From positions 1 to 64,000 of IMG/VR virus record IMGVR_UViG_3300042311_000577: a DNA stretch of 64,000 bases. One strand, given 5' to 3'. A program made the position numbers and the translations under genes. The stretch is from a virus. Below the pieces are notes generated by a model. That model made no database searches. It was given only the letters and a program-made list of their open reading frames with translations, and was not told where the DNA came from. Below are positions 55,101 through 64,000 of this stretch, in pieces (position 1 is the stretch's first letter; the number at the start of each line of letters is the position of its first letter).

Positions 55101-58100
55101 CTTCTACCGGATCAGCTAATATTTCATCTACAACAGAAAGATATTCTTCTTCTGTAAATAATGGTGGATCTAATTGTATATAGGCATCATATTTACCAAG
55201 AAGCTCATCATTTGAAATACTTTCTAAGTCATTGATTTCTTTTTTAAGATAATCAATTTCTTCAGCTATTTGTTCTTTGGTTCTACCTTCAGGTTTTTCT
55301 GGAGTTTTCTTTTCCCATTCCTCATAGGTTTGACCCGTTTCATTAACTAAGTTTTCTTCAAACTGAGCTTTTAAGTTGGCTAATTCTTTTTCTTTCTTTT
55401 TTAATAAAGCATTTACTGCAGTTTCAGTTTCTTGTTTTATAGCTTCATTATCAGTTTCTTTAGTGGTATCTTTAAGTTTTCTATGTTCAAAAAGTTTCAT
55501 TAAGTAATTATCATAGGCTAAACTTCCTTGAGGAATACCCATTTTCTTTTTTTCATCATAGAACTCTGTTGGCGGAATACCTTGATCTCTCCATAGAAGG
55601 AAATCATTTACACTCATATATATCCCCTGGTTGGCCAACCAGTTTAGTAAACCATTATCTTCAATGTCAGATAGTTCTTGCTGTACAATATCTTTATAAT
55701 ACTCTCCTCTTTTATTCCAGATATCAGTCATCCACTCTACATTTCTATTATAAACATCCATGAACCCTTGTGGATCATTGAGCATGTTTATTGCATCTAC
55801 TAAACCTCTAGACTCATCATTTAATTTATAGAAATCAAGAACAAGTTCAAATGCTTCATCAACTCTATCTGTAAATAAATAATCATCTGGTTTTCCAGAA
55901 ATAGTTTTTAATACATCATTGTAAGCTTTCTCTAAGTTTAATAAAACTTCTGCTTCAGTATCTTCATCTTTAGGTCCAAATGTTGCATCTAAATAGTCAT
56001 TAACTTCTTCATCTGTAACTTCTTGACCCTTCTGAGTCTGTAATTTATCTTTTGCTCTTGCAAAATATCTGTCTCTAGAATAATAATCTGCAAACTCACT
56101 ATAGGCAACATAATAATTTTCAAGAGCCTGAGCTTCTTTTAATTTTGCTTTAGCTAATTTTTTAGATTCAGGATCACCTACAGCTATAAGATTATCAGCT
56201 TCATTTTTTAATAATGATATTTCATTATACATGTCTTCTGGTCTAAGTATAAGATCAGATTGTCTTTTGGTCATTCCCTGTAATGGTCTTTCTTCATAAT
56301 GTTTATTCATTATGCCAACCATTCTTTCTCTAACATTATTAAATGTCTGGTTAAAGAAAACTGCAGATTTAATATTGTCATTCCATGCTTTATGCATAAT
56401 GTATGCATCATCATAAAATGGATCATCTTTACTATATCTAGATAGATCAATAGGGTTTGGAAATATCTTTTTATATGTATCTATTGATTTTTTAATTTCC
56501 CTTGATTCAGCAACTACCTCTCCTATTCTATTTTTGTAAGCTTCAATATCTTTATCACCTAGTTTTGGAAATGCTTCTCTAAACTCAGCATCAGTCATTT
56601 TTGTATAACTTTCAATTGCATTAAGATATGGATCAAGAACACCATATTCATTAAGCATCATCATATGACTTGCTAATGCTTCTGACTCAGCATCCATATT
56701 TTCTTTTTTATTCCCTGTCTCCTGTACTCTATTTAAAATATCTTGAGCACCTGCATTAAATAGTCTACTGTTAACCATTTCTTCTACACCAAATGCATTC
56801 ATTTGAGTTACAAGATCATCAACTATTTTACTTTTTTCAGTTTTGTATGATTCATAATTTGTTGGATCAAATATCTGATTGGCTTTCTCATATAGAAAAG
56901 TCATTGTTTTATTTAAACCACCAGCTAATGCCCCCATAAATAAACCAGATGCAAAAACTGAAAGACCTTCACCTGACATTTGTTGACCCAAACCTTTTTT
57001 ATAAAAAGTCCAAGGTGTTGTTCCTTCACCAAATGCAGCTTTAGAAATAAGATTTTGTCTTACCGGTTTAGTATAGAAAGTATCTTTATAATATTTTTCA
57101 TTAGCATATGCAATAGCTTCCTGTGAAACTTCCTGAGCACCTTCTAAAAGATTTCTTTTAAAATAACCAATTGTTCCCCAAGCAGACTTATGGAAAGGAT
57201 CAGTTTTCCAACCATTCCACCAAGTCTTAAATCCTTTCTCAGCAAACTTCCATTCATTTGCGGCAACATCAAATACTACATTACCAAGTTCTCCAAATCT
57301 TCCGCCTCCTACTGATTTCCAGTCTAATATTCTTTGTTGTAAAAATCCTTTGGCTCCAACTCGTGGATTAAGAATATTATCAAAACTTATTTTATTTGTA
57401 AGAAATATTAGACCTGAGTTCATTGCTGCTGTTTCATAACCAGCTTGTTTAGCTTGTGCAATAATATTTTTTAATTCTTCTTCACTTGGTGGGGCACCTG
57501 TTCTTGTAAAATGCTCTGAATATAACTCATTAAATAAATTATTATAAACCATACCAGCTTCTAATCTTCCTTCTGAAACTGCTAAGTTTATATTTCTTAA
57601 ATCTCTATAAGCAGCACCTGCTGTTCTTGCAATTTTATTTCCAGTTTTAAAAAATCCTGTAAAATCATCAGCGTTATTTAAAGTAGAATACCAAGCTTCA
57701 GTCATATTACTGAAAGGATTTAAAACTTGTCCTGCTTTTGATGTAAGAACTTTTTGCATTGTTCCTATACCATTAGTTTTTTCCCATACTTTTCTTACTT
57801 CATCTATATTTCCTAATTTATCAAGTAATTGACTATATGTGTTTATACCATCAACTGCTTCACCTGCTTTATAGGCATTCCATAATTCTTTAGCAGATCT
57901 AGGTGCAATTGTTTTAGCACCCATGAGTCCTCCTAATGCAGCACCAGCAATATTTTCAAACATAGCTGTAGAAATAATACCTGCTGTATAACCTAGGTTC
58001 ATGGTTAAATTATTTATAAATGAACCTATATTATCTTTACTAGAATGATATCTTGCTGTTATTCTATCATACTCTTCTGCTGTACGTTGGTCTTCACTAA

Positions 58101-58617
58101 AAAAATCCCAATCTGATATAAGTTTAGTTTGACTTGCATATACACTTTTAATACCATTCCATGCTAATGGAAGTACGGCACCTGTAGTTGTTCTATATAG
58201 ATCACCTAAAAATGAAGTATTATCATTTAACTTATTTTCATTATTAAGATATCTAGGATGAAATTCAGACTTACCCCACTGATTAAAGTCATGATATCTT
58301 TCAGCAAAAGTTCCTTTTGGTCCATCATCATATTGATAAACTTTTGCCCATTGGTTTTTATCTTCATTAGCCATTACCTGACTATCCCACATATCCTGTA
58401 AAGCTTGTTTTCTAGCTTGTGGATCAAACGTATTAGGTGGACCAGGGGGTCTTTGTGAAGGTAGTGGTCCAGGAAAAGAACCTGTTATTCTTTCCTTAAC
58501 TTGATAAGGATTAGGTAACTTGCCTGTTATAGATGATTGAGTTGGTTCATATAATGATGTTTTTCCTGAATATAAATCATCAACACTTTTTTCTAAACTG
58601 TTAGAGTTATTTTCCAT
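52180..58617 (-). CDS. giant virion/ejection protein with PD-(D/E)xK nuclease-like domain
   Basis: Gly/Ala hydrophobic segments in the N-terminal third; GAMDLIAF...IIDVKT...YRIQLSIY. Confidence 0.8.
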   Translation of the reverse strand: MENNSNSLEKSVDDLYSGKTSLYEPTQSSITGKLPNPYQVKERITGSFPGPLPSQRPPGPPNTFDPQARKQALQDMWDSQVMANEDKNQWAKVYQYDDGPKGTFAERYHDFNQWGKSEFHPRYLNNENKLNDNTSFLGDLYRTTTGAVLPLAWNGIKSVYASQTKLISDWDFFSEDQRTAEEYDRITARYHSSKDNIGSFINNLTMNLGYTAGIISTAMFENIAGAALGGLMGAKTIAPRSAKELWNAYKAGEAVDGINTYSQLLDKLGNIDEVRKVWEKTNGIGTMQKVLTSKAGQVLNPFSNMTEAWYSTLNNADDFTGFFKTGNKIARTAGAAYRDLRNINLAVSEGRLEAGMVYNNLFNELYSEHFTRTGAPPSEEELKNIIAQAKQAGYETAAMNSGLIFLTNKISFDNILNPRVGAKGFLQQRILDWKSVGGGRFGELGNVVFDVAANEWKFAEKGFKTWWNGWKTDPFHKSAWGTIGYFKRNLLEGAQEVSQEAIAYANEKYYKDTFYTKPVRQNLISKAAFGEGTTPWTFYKKGLGQQMSGEGLSVFASGLFMGALAGGLNKTMTFLYEKANQIFDPTNYESYKTEKSKIVDDLVTQMNAFGVEEMVNSRLFNAGAQDILNRVQETGNKKENMDAESEALASHMMMLNEYGVLDPYLNAIESYTKMTDAEFREAFPKLGDKDIEAYKNRIGEVVAESREIKKSIDTYKKIFPNPIDLSRYSKDDPFYDDAYIMHKAWNDNIKSAVFFNQTFNNVRERMVGIMNKHYEERPLQGMTKRQSDLILRPEDMYNEISLLKNEADNLIAVGDPESKKLAKAKLKEAQALENYYVAYSEFADYYSRDRYFARAKDKLQTQKGQEVTDEEVNDYLDATFGPKDEDTEAEVLLNLEKAYNDVLKTISGKPDDYLFTDRVDEAFELVLDFYKLNDESRGLVDAINMLNDPQGFMDVYNRNVEWMTDIWNKRGEYYKDIVQQELSDIEDNGLLNWLANQGIYMSVNDFLLWRDQGIPPTEFYDEKKKMGIPQGSLAYDNYLMKLFEHRKLKDTTKETDNEAIKQETETAVNALLKKKEKELANLKAQFEENLVNETGQTYEEWEKKTPEKPEGRTKEQIAEEIDYLKKEINDLESISNDELLGKYDAYIQLDPPLFTEEEYLSVVDEILADPVEGKKLKKYARKLFNESDTDPNDLESVRLAQNISLTTAQNKYALPILLNRRLLQLQNETPAADFDPTPPVQKTKSWEDYQKQIEITEKKYEGLIEAVENKIKEPSKSPRTPKTAAKKQTESEVSIDTPWDELPNDLKAELQEEFDIFLTAPEPEGLGKRADLKDINSFEYEKLRNSWFATKGDRIKMYNERPVDFESALPNLKYIELTKAITEYSLTSLKMTRDQLEKMLDANKDSDGNKLNNSTRTAIKNDIAELNKYIKYLRSNYITEKNNQAITFTIFNEMVVNRQNEVERIMDGKNVIGYKFTDKEERPERVTKITSRIKSDIKNEPEFPGYDPVNEDEKTSKKGPTLLNLFDEIIKNDEIKSEEKLNYFMTSLENEIKRGSYAQLNSQRKLDIIRGALSSNLTRESLKEAVQKVAYDESTIAGNTVDDMTRESFRIGPDGKFMKPEKSSKINQLSYDNLFGDNGIITELQDSVIDGKYKILSSDVLIFDKTLLNSLGLVGAMDLIAFNRETGDLVIIDVKTSKNWTNFSDEDNKYSKKLDYRIQLSIYRTLLYNMTGILAKTISILPVETKTDMDGNISYAVSAANQVNAPLIRNLQSKLSTLEKAKTKDTKAITALENELKNLKKSVLAPLEPVAPEVLAKYGIEMIEPNLPEELKQEGKAKSEPVKPVEKDEKEVAAKIKKLKTDIAKLKKNIEKVSKTAYTTVKGAIQENPELKKLNQKLEQLENELATLEGTPVKEGTPPVKFDIDAEIDALLKGTSAAIFNTEAETFTKEEFKNIIKKMNSATNLEDLKEAYMDGLILISEEPNLAFADVITRLNKNKKQELNTSVSEDILQPGDTLISKNPIFGIENNEPVKVKQVKDGKIVIEQIVNRTKGKKASVKTITEDKIKSDFIKNTEEAIKQETEKTIVSDVDKSTADLAKGSIENLAQNQELLKAAKQQAAGDKKSRFAAAKNIIKNNNIDNCTTP

Positions 58618-61600
58618 ATTGTTTCATTAATTGTGTATTTTGAACCATGATACTACCGGCTGTAAGTTTTCCATCTGCAACCTCTGTACTAAAAAACTCA
58701 TCTCTAAATTTTCTAATATTTGTTCCTTGATTAGAAAGTGATTTTGTTAATGTCATCATTTCAGGTTCTTTACCAGGACCTACATATTCTGGCCATTGCG
58801 CTTGAACAGTCATTGTTGAAGGATCCATTTTATTTCTCATATATGTAAGACTAAAATTAGGAAATAATGGATCTTTATATTCTACACCTTTATCACCAGC
58901 AGCTTCAATTCTAATTTGTTCTACGGTTTTAAATGAGTTTTTATATAACTCAACATTCAATAAATTTTTAGCATCCGTAATTAAAGTAATACCATTCTTT
59001 AATACATTATTATAATCATCCTTGTCTTTCCAAATTTTATTATCATCACTTGTAGGTTCCCATTTTTTTAAATATTCTGCTGGTAATTTAAATGTAACAG
59101 ATGCTTTATCAGATCTACCACCACCAACTGATCCAACAGCTGTAATGAAAGATTTTAAATTCTCATCTATTTTACCTCCAGCTTTCATCATTAAATCAGA
59201 ATATATTGCTGCAAATGCTCTGTTATTTTCCTCTGCACCATCCTTAAGATCTGACCAAGGAGTATTTACACCTGAAAATGATACCCTATTGTTTTCAGTA
59301 TCTTTAAATGATAAATTATTTAAAGCACCTTTTACTTGTAAAAAATGTTCATATGATGGTGAATATACACCAGGTTCAATTTGAACAGCAGCCGCACCTT
59401 TATTCATTAAACCACCACCAGCTCCTCCAAATGCGCCTGTAACAGGAGTTTGTAAACTTTCAATAAGTTTAACTTTAGAATCTTTCATTGCATTAAACTC
59501 ATCTCCAAGATCCATTTCTTCACCAAATATACCTGTTTGAGCATTAACAAGACGCATAGTTTCAACAGGATTACTACTAAACATATTATAAATACCTTCT
59601 ATTCCTGAAGCTGCTAAGTATGTTCCTCCAGCTAATAATGCACCTACACCACCTGTAAATGCAGCACCTGGTCCTGTAGGAGCACCTACGGCTGCTCCTG
59701 TTCCAAAACCTAATAATGTTTCACTTGCTAATTGTGTAAAACTAAAACCATCATCACGTATTAAGGCATCAGGATTTTTTCTTGCAATATTTTTATAAAA
59801 TTGATCAGCATCTTGAATTGGATTATAATTATGATCATACATATATTCTGCATAGTTATAACCTTGTGCTTTTAATTTCTGAATAGTTTCTTCAGCAGCT
59901 TGTTTTTTATTTGCAATTATAGCGGCTTGTGCACCAGCATAATCATCTAAAGTTTTACTATAATTTCTTAATTGTTCAAAGCTTTTGCTATAATATACAT
60001 AAGGATTATCTCTTCTTTTTTCCATAACTAACATCATTCTTTTTGTCATGTCAGTAATTTTAGAAGGATCTGTTTTTCCAGGTTCTATTGTACTGCTATA
60101 ACCAGAAAGTTTTTCTTCTGCTGTAGGTATATTAAAAGTAGCTCTATATGGTTTTTTAGTAATAGGGTCTGTAAAAACTGTTTTAGATTGAATTTTATTT
60201 TGTCCATCTTTTGCAGTCTTTGAATAAGTACCTTCATTCCAATAAGCTTTATCTTCTTTTTCAAGAGAAGTTTCATATTGACCTTGATTTAATAAAGCTC
60301 CGATTTCTTGATCATTTAATGGTGTACCATCACTATGTTCTAGTGCATTATTAGTACCTTTTCCAAGTTGTGTTCTAGGATTACCTTTTATAAATTTAAT
60401 AAGTTCTGCTTTATTAGTTTTAAAGATATCAGCATTACCTACATTAGGAATTGTACCAGAATTAATAATATAATTTATATCATCATCACTTATAGTTTTT
60501 TCATTATAGAGATCTCTTAAAAGGTTAACAGCAAGATTTTTAGCATTAGAACCTTCTTGAGCATACATATCATCAATACTTTTTCTTACAACTTCAGGAT
60601 CTATTTTTACTCTATCCTTTTCTTCCATATTTGTAAAACCATCTAAGTCACCTAAATTAAAAACTTCAGTAAGTTCTTTTTTCTCTACTAAGTTTCCTTT
60701 ACCATCAGTTGTATATAATCCGGATTTTAATGCAGCTTGATACTGAATTTTTTCCATTGCTAACTGATGCTTGTATCCTGCTAATTCCATTTGACCAGCA
60801 TGTCTTTGTGAAATCAAGGCAGAATCATACTGATACTTTTGTCTTTGTACAGCAAATGGATTTGGATCATAACTTAATTCATAGTTATTAAATGCATGGG
60901 ATCTAATAGCAGCATCTAAATCAGTCTGTAATAATGATGAAGCCATAACAGCATCAACTCTACCTCTCATTTGATTTAAATCATCAAATGATAGTTTATC
61001 TCCACCTTCAGTTAATAATGTCTTATTTACATTATCAGTTATAAGTTTCTCATCACTTTCAGTTTGACTTAGCATCTCACCAATTTTTTCATTGGCATCT
61101 TTATATTTTTCTAATGCACTTTCAGCTGTATAATGAGCAGTACCATTTTTAATAGATTGCTCAATTGAAGATATCATATTATCATTAACTTTCTTTTGAT
61201 TTATTAAATCACTTTTAGTTAACTCAGTTTGTTTTTTTAATACATTCAAAGCTTCATTAAGATATGCTTTTTCAGCAAGATCAGCATTACCACCAAACTC
61301 TGGCCTATCTTTATTAGCCATTGCTTCATCTTTTCTTTTTAGATATGCTTTTGCTGCATATACTTCTTGTATCTTAGGATCTTTACCTAGGATAGAATAA
61401 AACAAACTCTGTAGAGGGGGAATGATTTGCTCCCCGTTTTGTTCAGTTATAATCCAGTCTCCTTGAGGTGTAGTCTTTTTAATTTTATAGTTTAATTGTT
61501 TTGCTAACTCTGCAGCTTTTTTATCCATATTAACATATGGTGTATACTTTACATCACCAAAACTTGTTAATTGCTCATATGGAGTATTCTTAAATTCTTG

Positions 61601-62047
61601 AATTTTATAATCAATTAATCTTAATCCATCTCCCCAATATTCATCATTTGTTTTTTCATCAGTTGAATATCTTTTACCCTCACCTATAGCTTTTTCATTT
61701 GAAGTATTTTTTGTCCATGCCATATCTTTCATAAGATTAGCATCTTCATAAAAAGGTCTAAAAAGCTGAGTTGCTTGTTGAACATTTTGATCTAATGAGA
61801 GATCCAAACCTGTAACTCTTTTTAAATTAAAATCAATTTTCTTAAATGTATTGTCTCTTTTTTTTACACTTTCATCATGTGTCAATGGAGCATTTAAAAT
61901 CTGACCATACATGTTATTAAGCTTACTCCAATTTTGATCATACTGACTTTGTTTTAATTGTAAAACATTTGTAGTAAAATTAAAATCAGGTTGGTAAGGT
62001 TGATAATCCGGTATAAAATCTGTTACTCCTAGTGGATACTGTGCCAT
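58607..62047 (-). CDS. large virion (ejection/cargo) protein
   Basis: 1146 aa; Gly-rich membrane-like stretch LLGFGTGAAVGAPTGPGAAFTGGVGALLAGG; same operon as the RNAP. Confidence 0.75.
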   Translation of the reverse strand: MAQYPLGVTDFIPDYQPYQPDFNFTTNVLQLKQSQYDQNWSKLNNMYGQILNAPLTHDESVKKRDNTFKKIDFNLKRVTGLDLSLDQNVQQATQLFRPFYEDANLMKDMAWTKNTSNEKAIGEGKRYSTDEKTNDEYWGDGLRLIDYKIQEFKNTPYEQLTSFGDVKYTPYVNMDKKAAELAKQLNYKIKKTTPQGDWIITEQNGEQIIPPLQSLFYSILGKDPKIQEVYAAKAYLKRKDEAMANKDRPEFGGNADLAEKAYLNEALNVLKKQTELTKSDLINQKKVNDNMISSIEQSIKNGTAHYTAESALEKYKDANEKIGEMLSQTESDEKLITDNVNKTLLTEGGDKLSFDDLNQMRGRVDAVMASSLLQTDLDAAIRSHAFNNYELSYDPNPFAVQRQKYQYDSALISQRHAGQMELAGYKHQLAMEKIQYQAALKSGLYTTDGKGNLVEKKELTEVFNLGDLDGFTNMEEKDRVKIDPEVVRKSIDDMYAQEGSNAKNLAVNLLRDLYNEKTISDDDINYIINSGTIPNVGNADIFKTNKAELIKFIKGNPRTQLGKGTNNALEHSDGTPLNDQEIGALLNQGQYETSLEKEDKAYWNEGTYSKTAKDGQNKIQSKTVFTDPITKKPYRATFNIPTAEEKLSGYSSTIEPGKTDPSKITDMTKRMMLVMEKRRDNPYVYYSKSFEQLRNYSKTLDDYAGAQAAIIANKKQAAEETIQKLKAQGYNYAEYMYDHNYNPIQDADQFYKNIARKNPDALIRDDGFSFTQLASETLLGFGTGAAVGAPTGPGAAFTGGVGALLAGGTYLAASGIEGIYNMFSSNPVETMRLVNAQTGIFGEEMDLGDEFNAMKDSKVKLIESLQTPVTGAFGGAGGGLMNKGAAAVQIEPGVYSPSYEHFLQVKGALNNLSFKDTENNRVSFSGVNTPWSDLKDGAEENNRAFAAIYSDLMMKAGGKIDENLKSFITAVGSVGGGRSDKASVTFKLPAEYLKKWEPTSDDNKIWKDKDDYNNVLKNGITLITDAKNLLNVELYKNSFKTVEQIRIEAAGDKGVEYKDPLFPNFSLTYMRNKMDPSTMTVQAQWPEYVGPGKEPEMMTLTKSLSNQGTNIRKFRDEFFSTEVADGKLTAGSIMVQNTQLMKQYGK

Positions 62048-62102
62048 AATTTTTTAATTATAAAACTATTAAAATTTTTTAAGTTTACTAAACATAGAAA
62101 GT

Positions 62103-64000
62103 TTACATGATAAAAGGATTCCATGAATCTACATAAACATAACCTCCATTTGCATAAAGCTGGCCTCCAAACTTACCTTTTAATTCTTTAAGTGCTAAGT
62201 AATTTGCCTTCTCATAAGTCATACCATTTCTCATATGTTCTCTAACTATATCTTCTTTGGTAGGACCAGTTGCTCCAGTCAATGGTTTTTCAACTCCAGT
62301 ATGATACATCATTCCATAATCATATTCTGTATTAAACTGTGGAGTAACTTGATTTCTATTATACACGTTAGCCATTTGATCATTAGCCTCCATTACAGCT
62401 CTTGTTGTATTAAAGTTTCTTTTAGTTTTAAGAGCACTACTTAAATTTTGGTCTCTAGCTTGATTTGCTAATCCTTGATTCAATATGTTAGTTCTAGCTT
62501 CATTTACAGCCATATCCATTTGTCCCTTTCTTGCATTGACTGAATTTTGAGTATTTACATTTCTTGCTTGTACATCAGCTACTGCACCTACTCCAGCATT
62601 TAATGCTTTATCTAGTAAGTCACCCATTTGTTTTTGTTTATCAGCTGTAGAACCTGCTTGTGAATACATGATTGCATTTTTCATATTATTAGCTGCTGAA
62701 TTTGCAGCATGTAATTTTGCATCAAATGATTCATAAGCACCAGATGTTTTTGCATCAGGAGGAAGAACAACATTTGTACGTGCTACACCTGTATTAGCTA
62801 AAGCGTTAGTTAAAACATTAAGTTTTGCATTAACACTCCAACGTGGTTTATCAGCAACTTGTCCTTGACTTCCATCTTGACAAACACACTGCTCTTCATT
62901 TTCAATAGGAAATTCTTTTACTTCTCCTGTTACAGGATCAGTACATCTACAAATAAGAGATTCTGTTTCTCCACCACATGATGGATCATCAGTTATACAG
63001 TTTCCATTTTCATCTTTTTTTGCAACTTTTGGTGTACCATCTTCATTGTTTATTGTATTTCCATTTTTATCTTTACAATAACATGGTTCATCATTAGGTT
63101 CATTAACTATATGTTCAGCAATTTGTGATTTACCTTTTACACCTTCAATACAATCTTTATATATACCACCAGCAGCAGGATCACTAATTATTGTGTTTAT
63201 TGCTTTTTGTTTTGCTTCTTCCCATTTTGGATTTGGATTACCGCTAGCATCAGTTGGTCTTTGACCATCTAAATGACCTGGGAAAACTCTTACTAACATA
63301 TCATCAATATCTAATGATGCTTGTATTTTTTTACAAACACCATTTGCAATAGCTACAGGATCACCTCCTCCACCGCCACCACCATGCCAAGTAACTGCTT
63401 GACCTTTAACAATTTTGTATTGACCTTTTGTTCCTATTGAAGATGTAGAAGGAATCCAATCTGAACCAGAAGAAAGTGAACTAACTTGTTTTGAACCAAT
63501 GTTATTTACAGTAACTTGACTATCTCCGGGACCACCAAACTTAGGCATACCACCGTAAGCCATTTGTTCAGGATGATAAGGAAAATCATATCCACCCATT
63601 TGCATTCCATAAGCCGCATATGGTATTCCTCCATAAGCCATCATACCAGGTTGTTGCATCATTTCTGGAGGAGGTATACTACCTTGCATTTGAGCCATTG
63701 ATTCTGGTGAAGCTACTGGAGCTCCACTAGGCATTTGTTGTGGTGCAGCCGGAGCTTGTTGTGCTCCTTGATTCATCATTGCTTGATCTGCTTCCATAGC
63801 TTGCATAGGATTAGTTTGTTGCATTTCTTCTGCTAACATTGGATTTTGTTCTTGCGGCATTTCAGGATTAACACCTTGATTCATTGATTGGGCTAATTGA
63901 TCAGCTTGTTCTTTTAACTCAGGCATTAAATCTTGTTCAGAAATTCCATTAACTTCCATATAAGGTTTAGACATAGCAGGAATACCTTGAGGAAAACCTT
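62103..64000 (-). CDS. virion-associated protein, probably 5'-truncated by the window edge
   Basis: Frame stays open to 64000 (..GFPQGIPAMSKP); Q/M/P-rich region, repeated AYGG-type motifs, Cys cluster. Confidence 0.75.
   Translation of the reverse strand, partial: GFPQGIPAMSKPYMEVNGISEQDLMPELKEQADQLAQSMNQGVNPEMPQEQNPMLAEEMQQTNPMQAMEADQAMMNQGAQQAPAAPQQMPSGAPVASPESMAQMQGSIPPPEMMQQPGMMAYGGIPYAAYGMQMGGYDFPYHPEQMAYGGMPKFGGPGDSQVTVNNIGSKQVSSLSSGSDWIPSTSSIGTKGQYKIVKGQAVTWHGGGGGGGDPVAIANGVCKKIQASLDIDDMLVRVFPGHLDGQRPTDASGNPNPKWEEAKQKAINTIISDPAAGGIYKDCIEGVKGKSQIAEHIVNEPNDEPCYCKDKNGNTINNEDGTPKVAKKDENGNCITDDPSCGGETESLICRCTDPVTGEVKEFPIENEEQCVCQDGSQGQVADKPRWSVNAKLNVLTNALANTGVARTNVVLPPDAKTSGAYESFDAKLHAANSAANNMKNAIMYSQAGSTADKQKQMGDLLDKALNAGVGAVADVQARNVNTQNSVNARKGQMDMAVNEARTNILNQGLANQARDQNLSSALKTKRNFNTTRAVMEANDQMANVYNRNQVTPQFNTEYDYGMMYHTGVEKPLTGATGPTKEDIVREHMRNGMTYEKANYLALKELKGKFGGQLYANGGYVYVDSWNPFIM

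Noticed and set aside
34021-62047. Stop-codon reassignment, as in some crAss-like phages
   Set aside because: The giant genes are intact in the standard code, TAG and TGA both end well-formed genes, and no suppressor tRNA is evident
35892-63701. Short + strand ORFs inside the giant - strand genes, and short - strand ORFs inside + genes elsewhere
   Set aside because: They are fully overlapping antisense or alternate-frame shadows with atypical composition and no recognisable motifs

Overview
This AT-rich 64-kb window is part of a tailed dsDNA phage genome, most likely a crAss-like phage (Crassvirales or a relative) of a Bacteroidota host. It uses the standard genetic code. The + strand arm (1-33.86 kb) starts with many small accessory ORFs and a tRNA-like gene with an interrupted anticodon loop. 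It also encodes an HNH-type nuclease, an HTH/sigma4-like + RNAP alpha-CTD fusion, an SF2 helicase, ClpS, an outer-membrane barrel, a spore-photoproduct-lyase-like radical SAM enzyme and uracil-DNA glycosylase. Next comes a replication block (DnaB, AAA ATPase, SSB-like protein, primase, GIY-YIG nuclease, PD-(D/E)xK exonuclease, family B DNA polymerase, MazG-like enzyme) with an embedded peptidase-vWA + MoxR module. The converging - strand arm (33.87-64 kb) encodes giant virion/ejection proteins, including a 4028-aa two-barrel virion RNA polymerase (DFDID motif) with accessory domains. The most notable unexplained signals are: (1) a 16-bp element (AACCTTTAAATCAGAA) at five gene junctions just before start codons; (2) three nearly Cys-free giant proteins whose only cysteines sit at adjoining termini; (3) the sigma4/alpha-CTD chimera; (4) the tRNA-like RNA with 37 extra nt in the anticodon loop; (5) a leader pseudoknot in front of an SSB-like gene; (6) strong CG depletion. 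All family calls come from motif recognition by eye; no searches were run.
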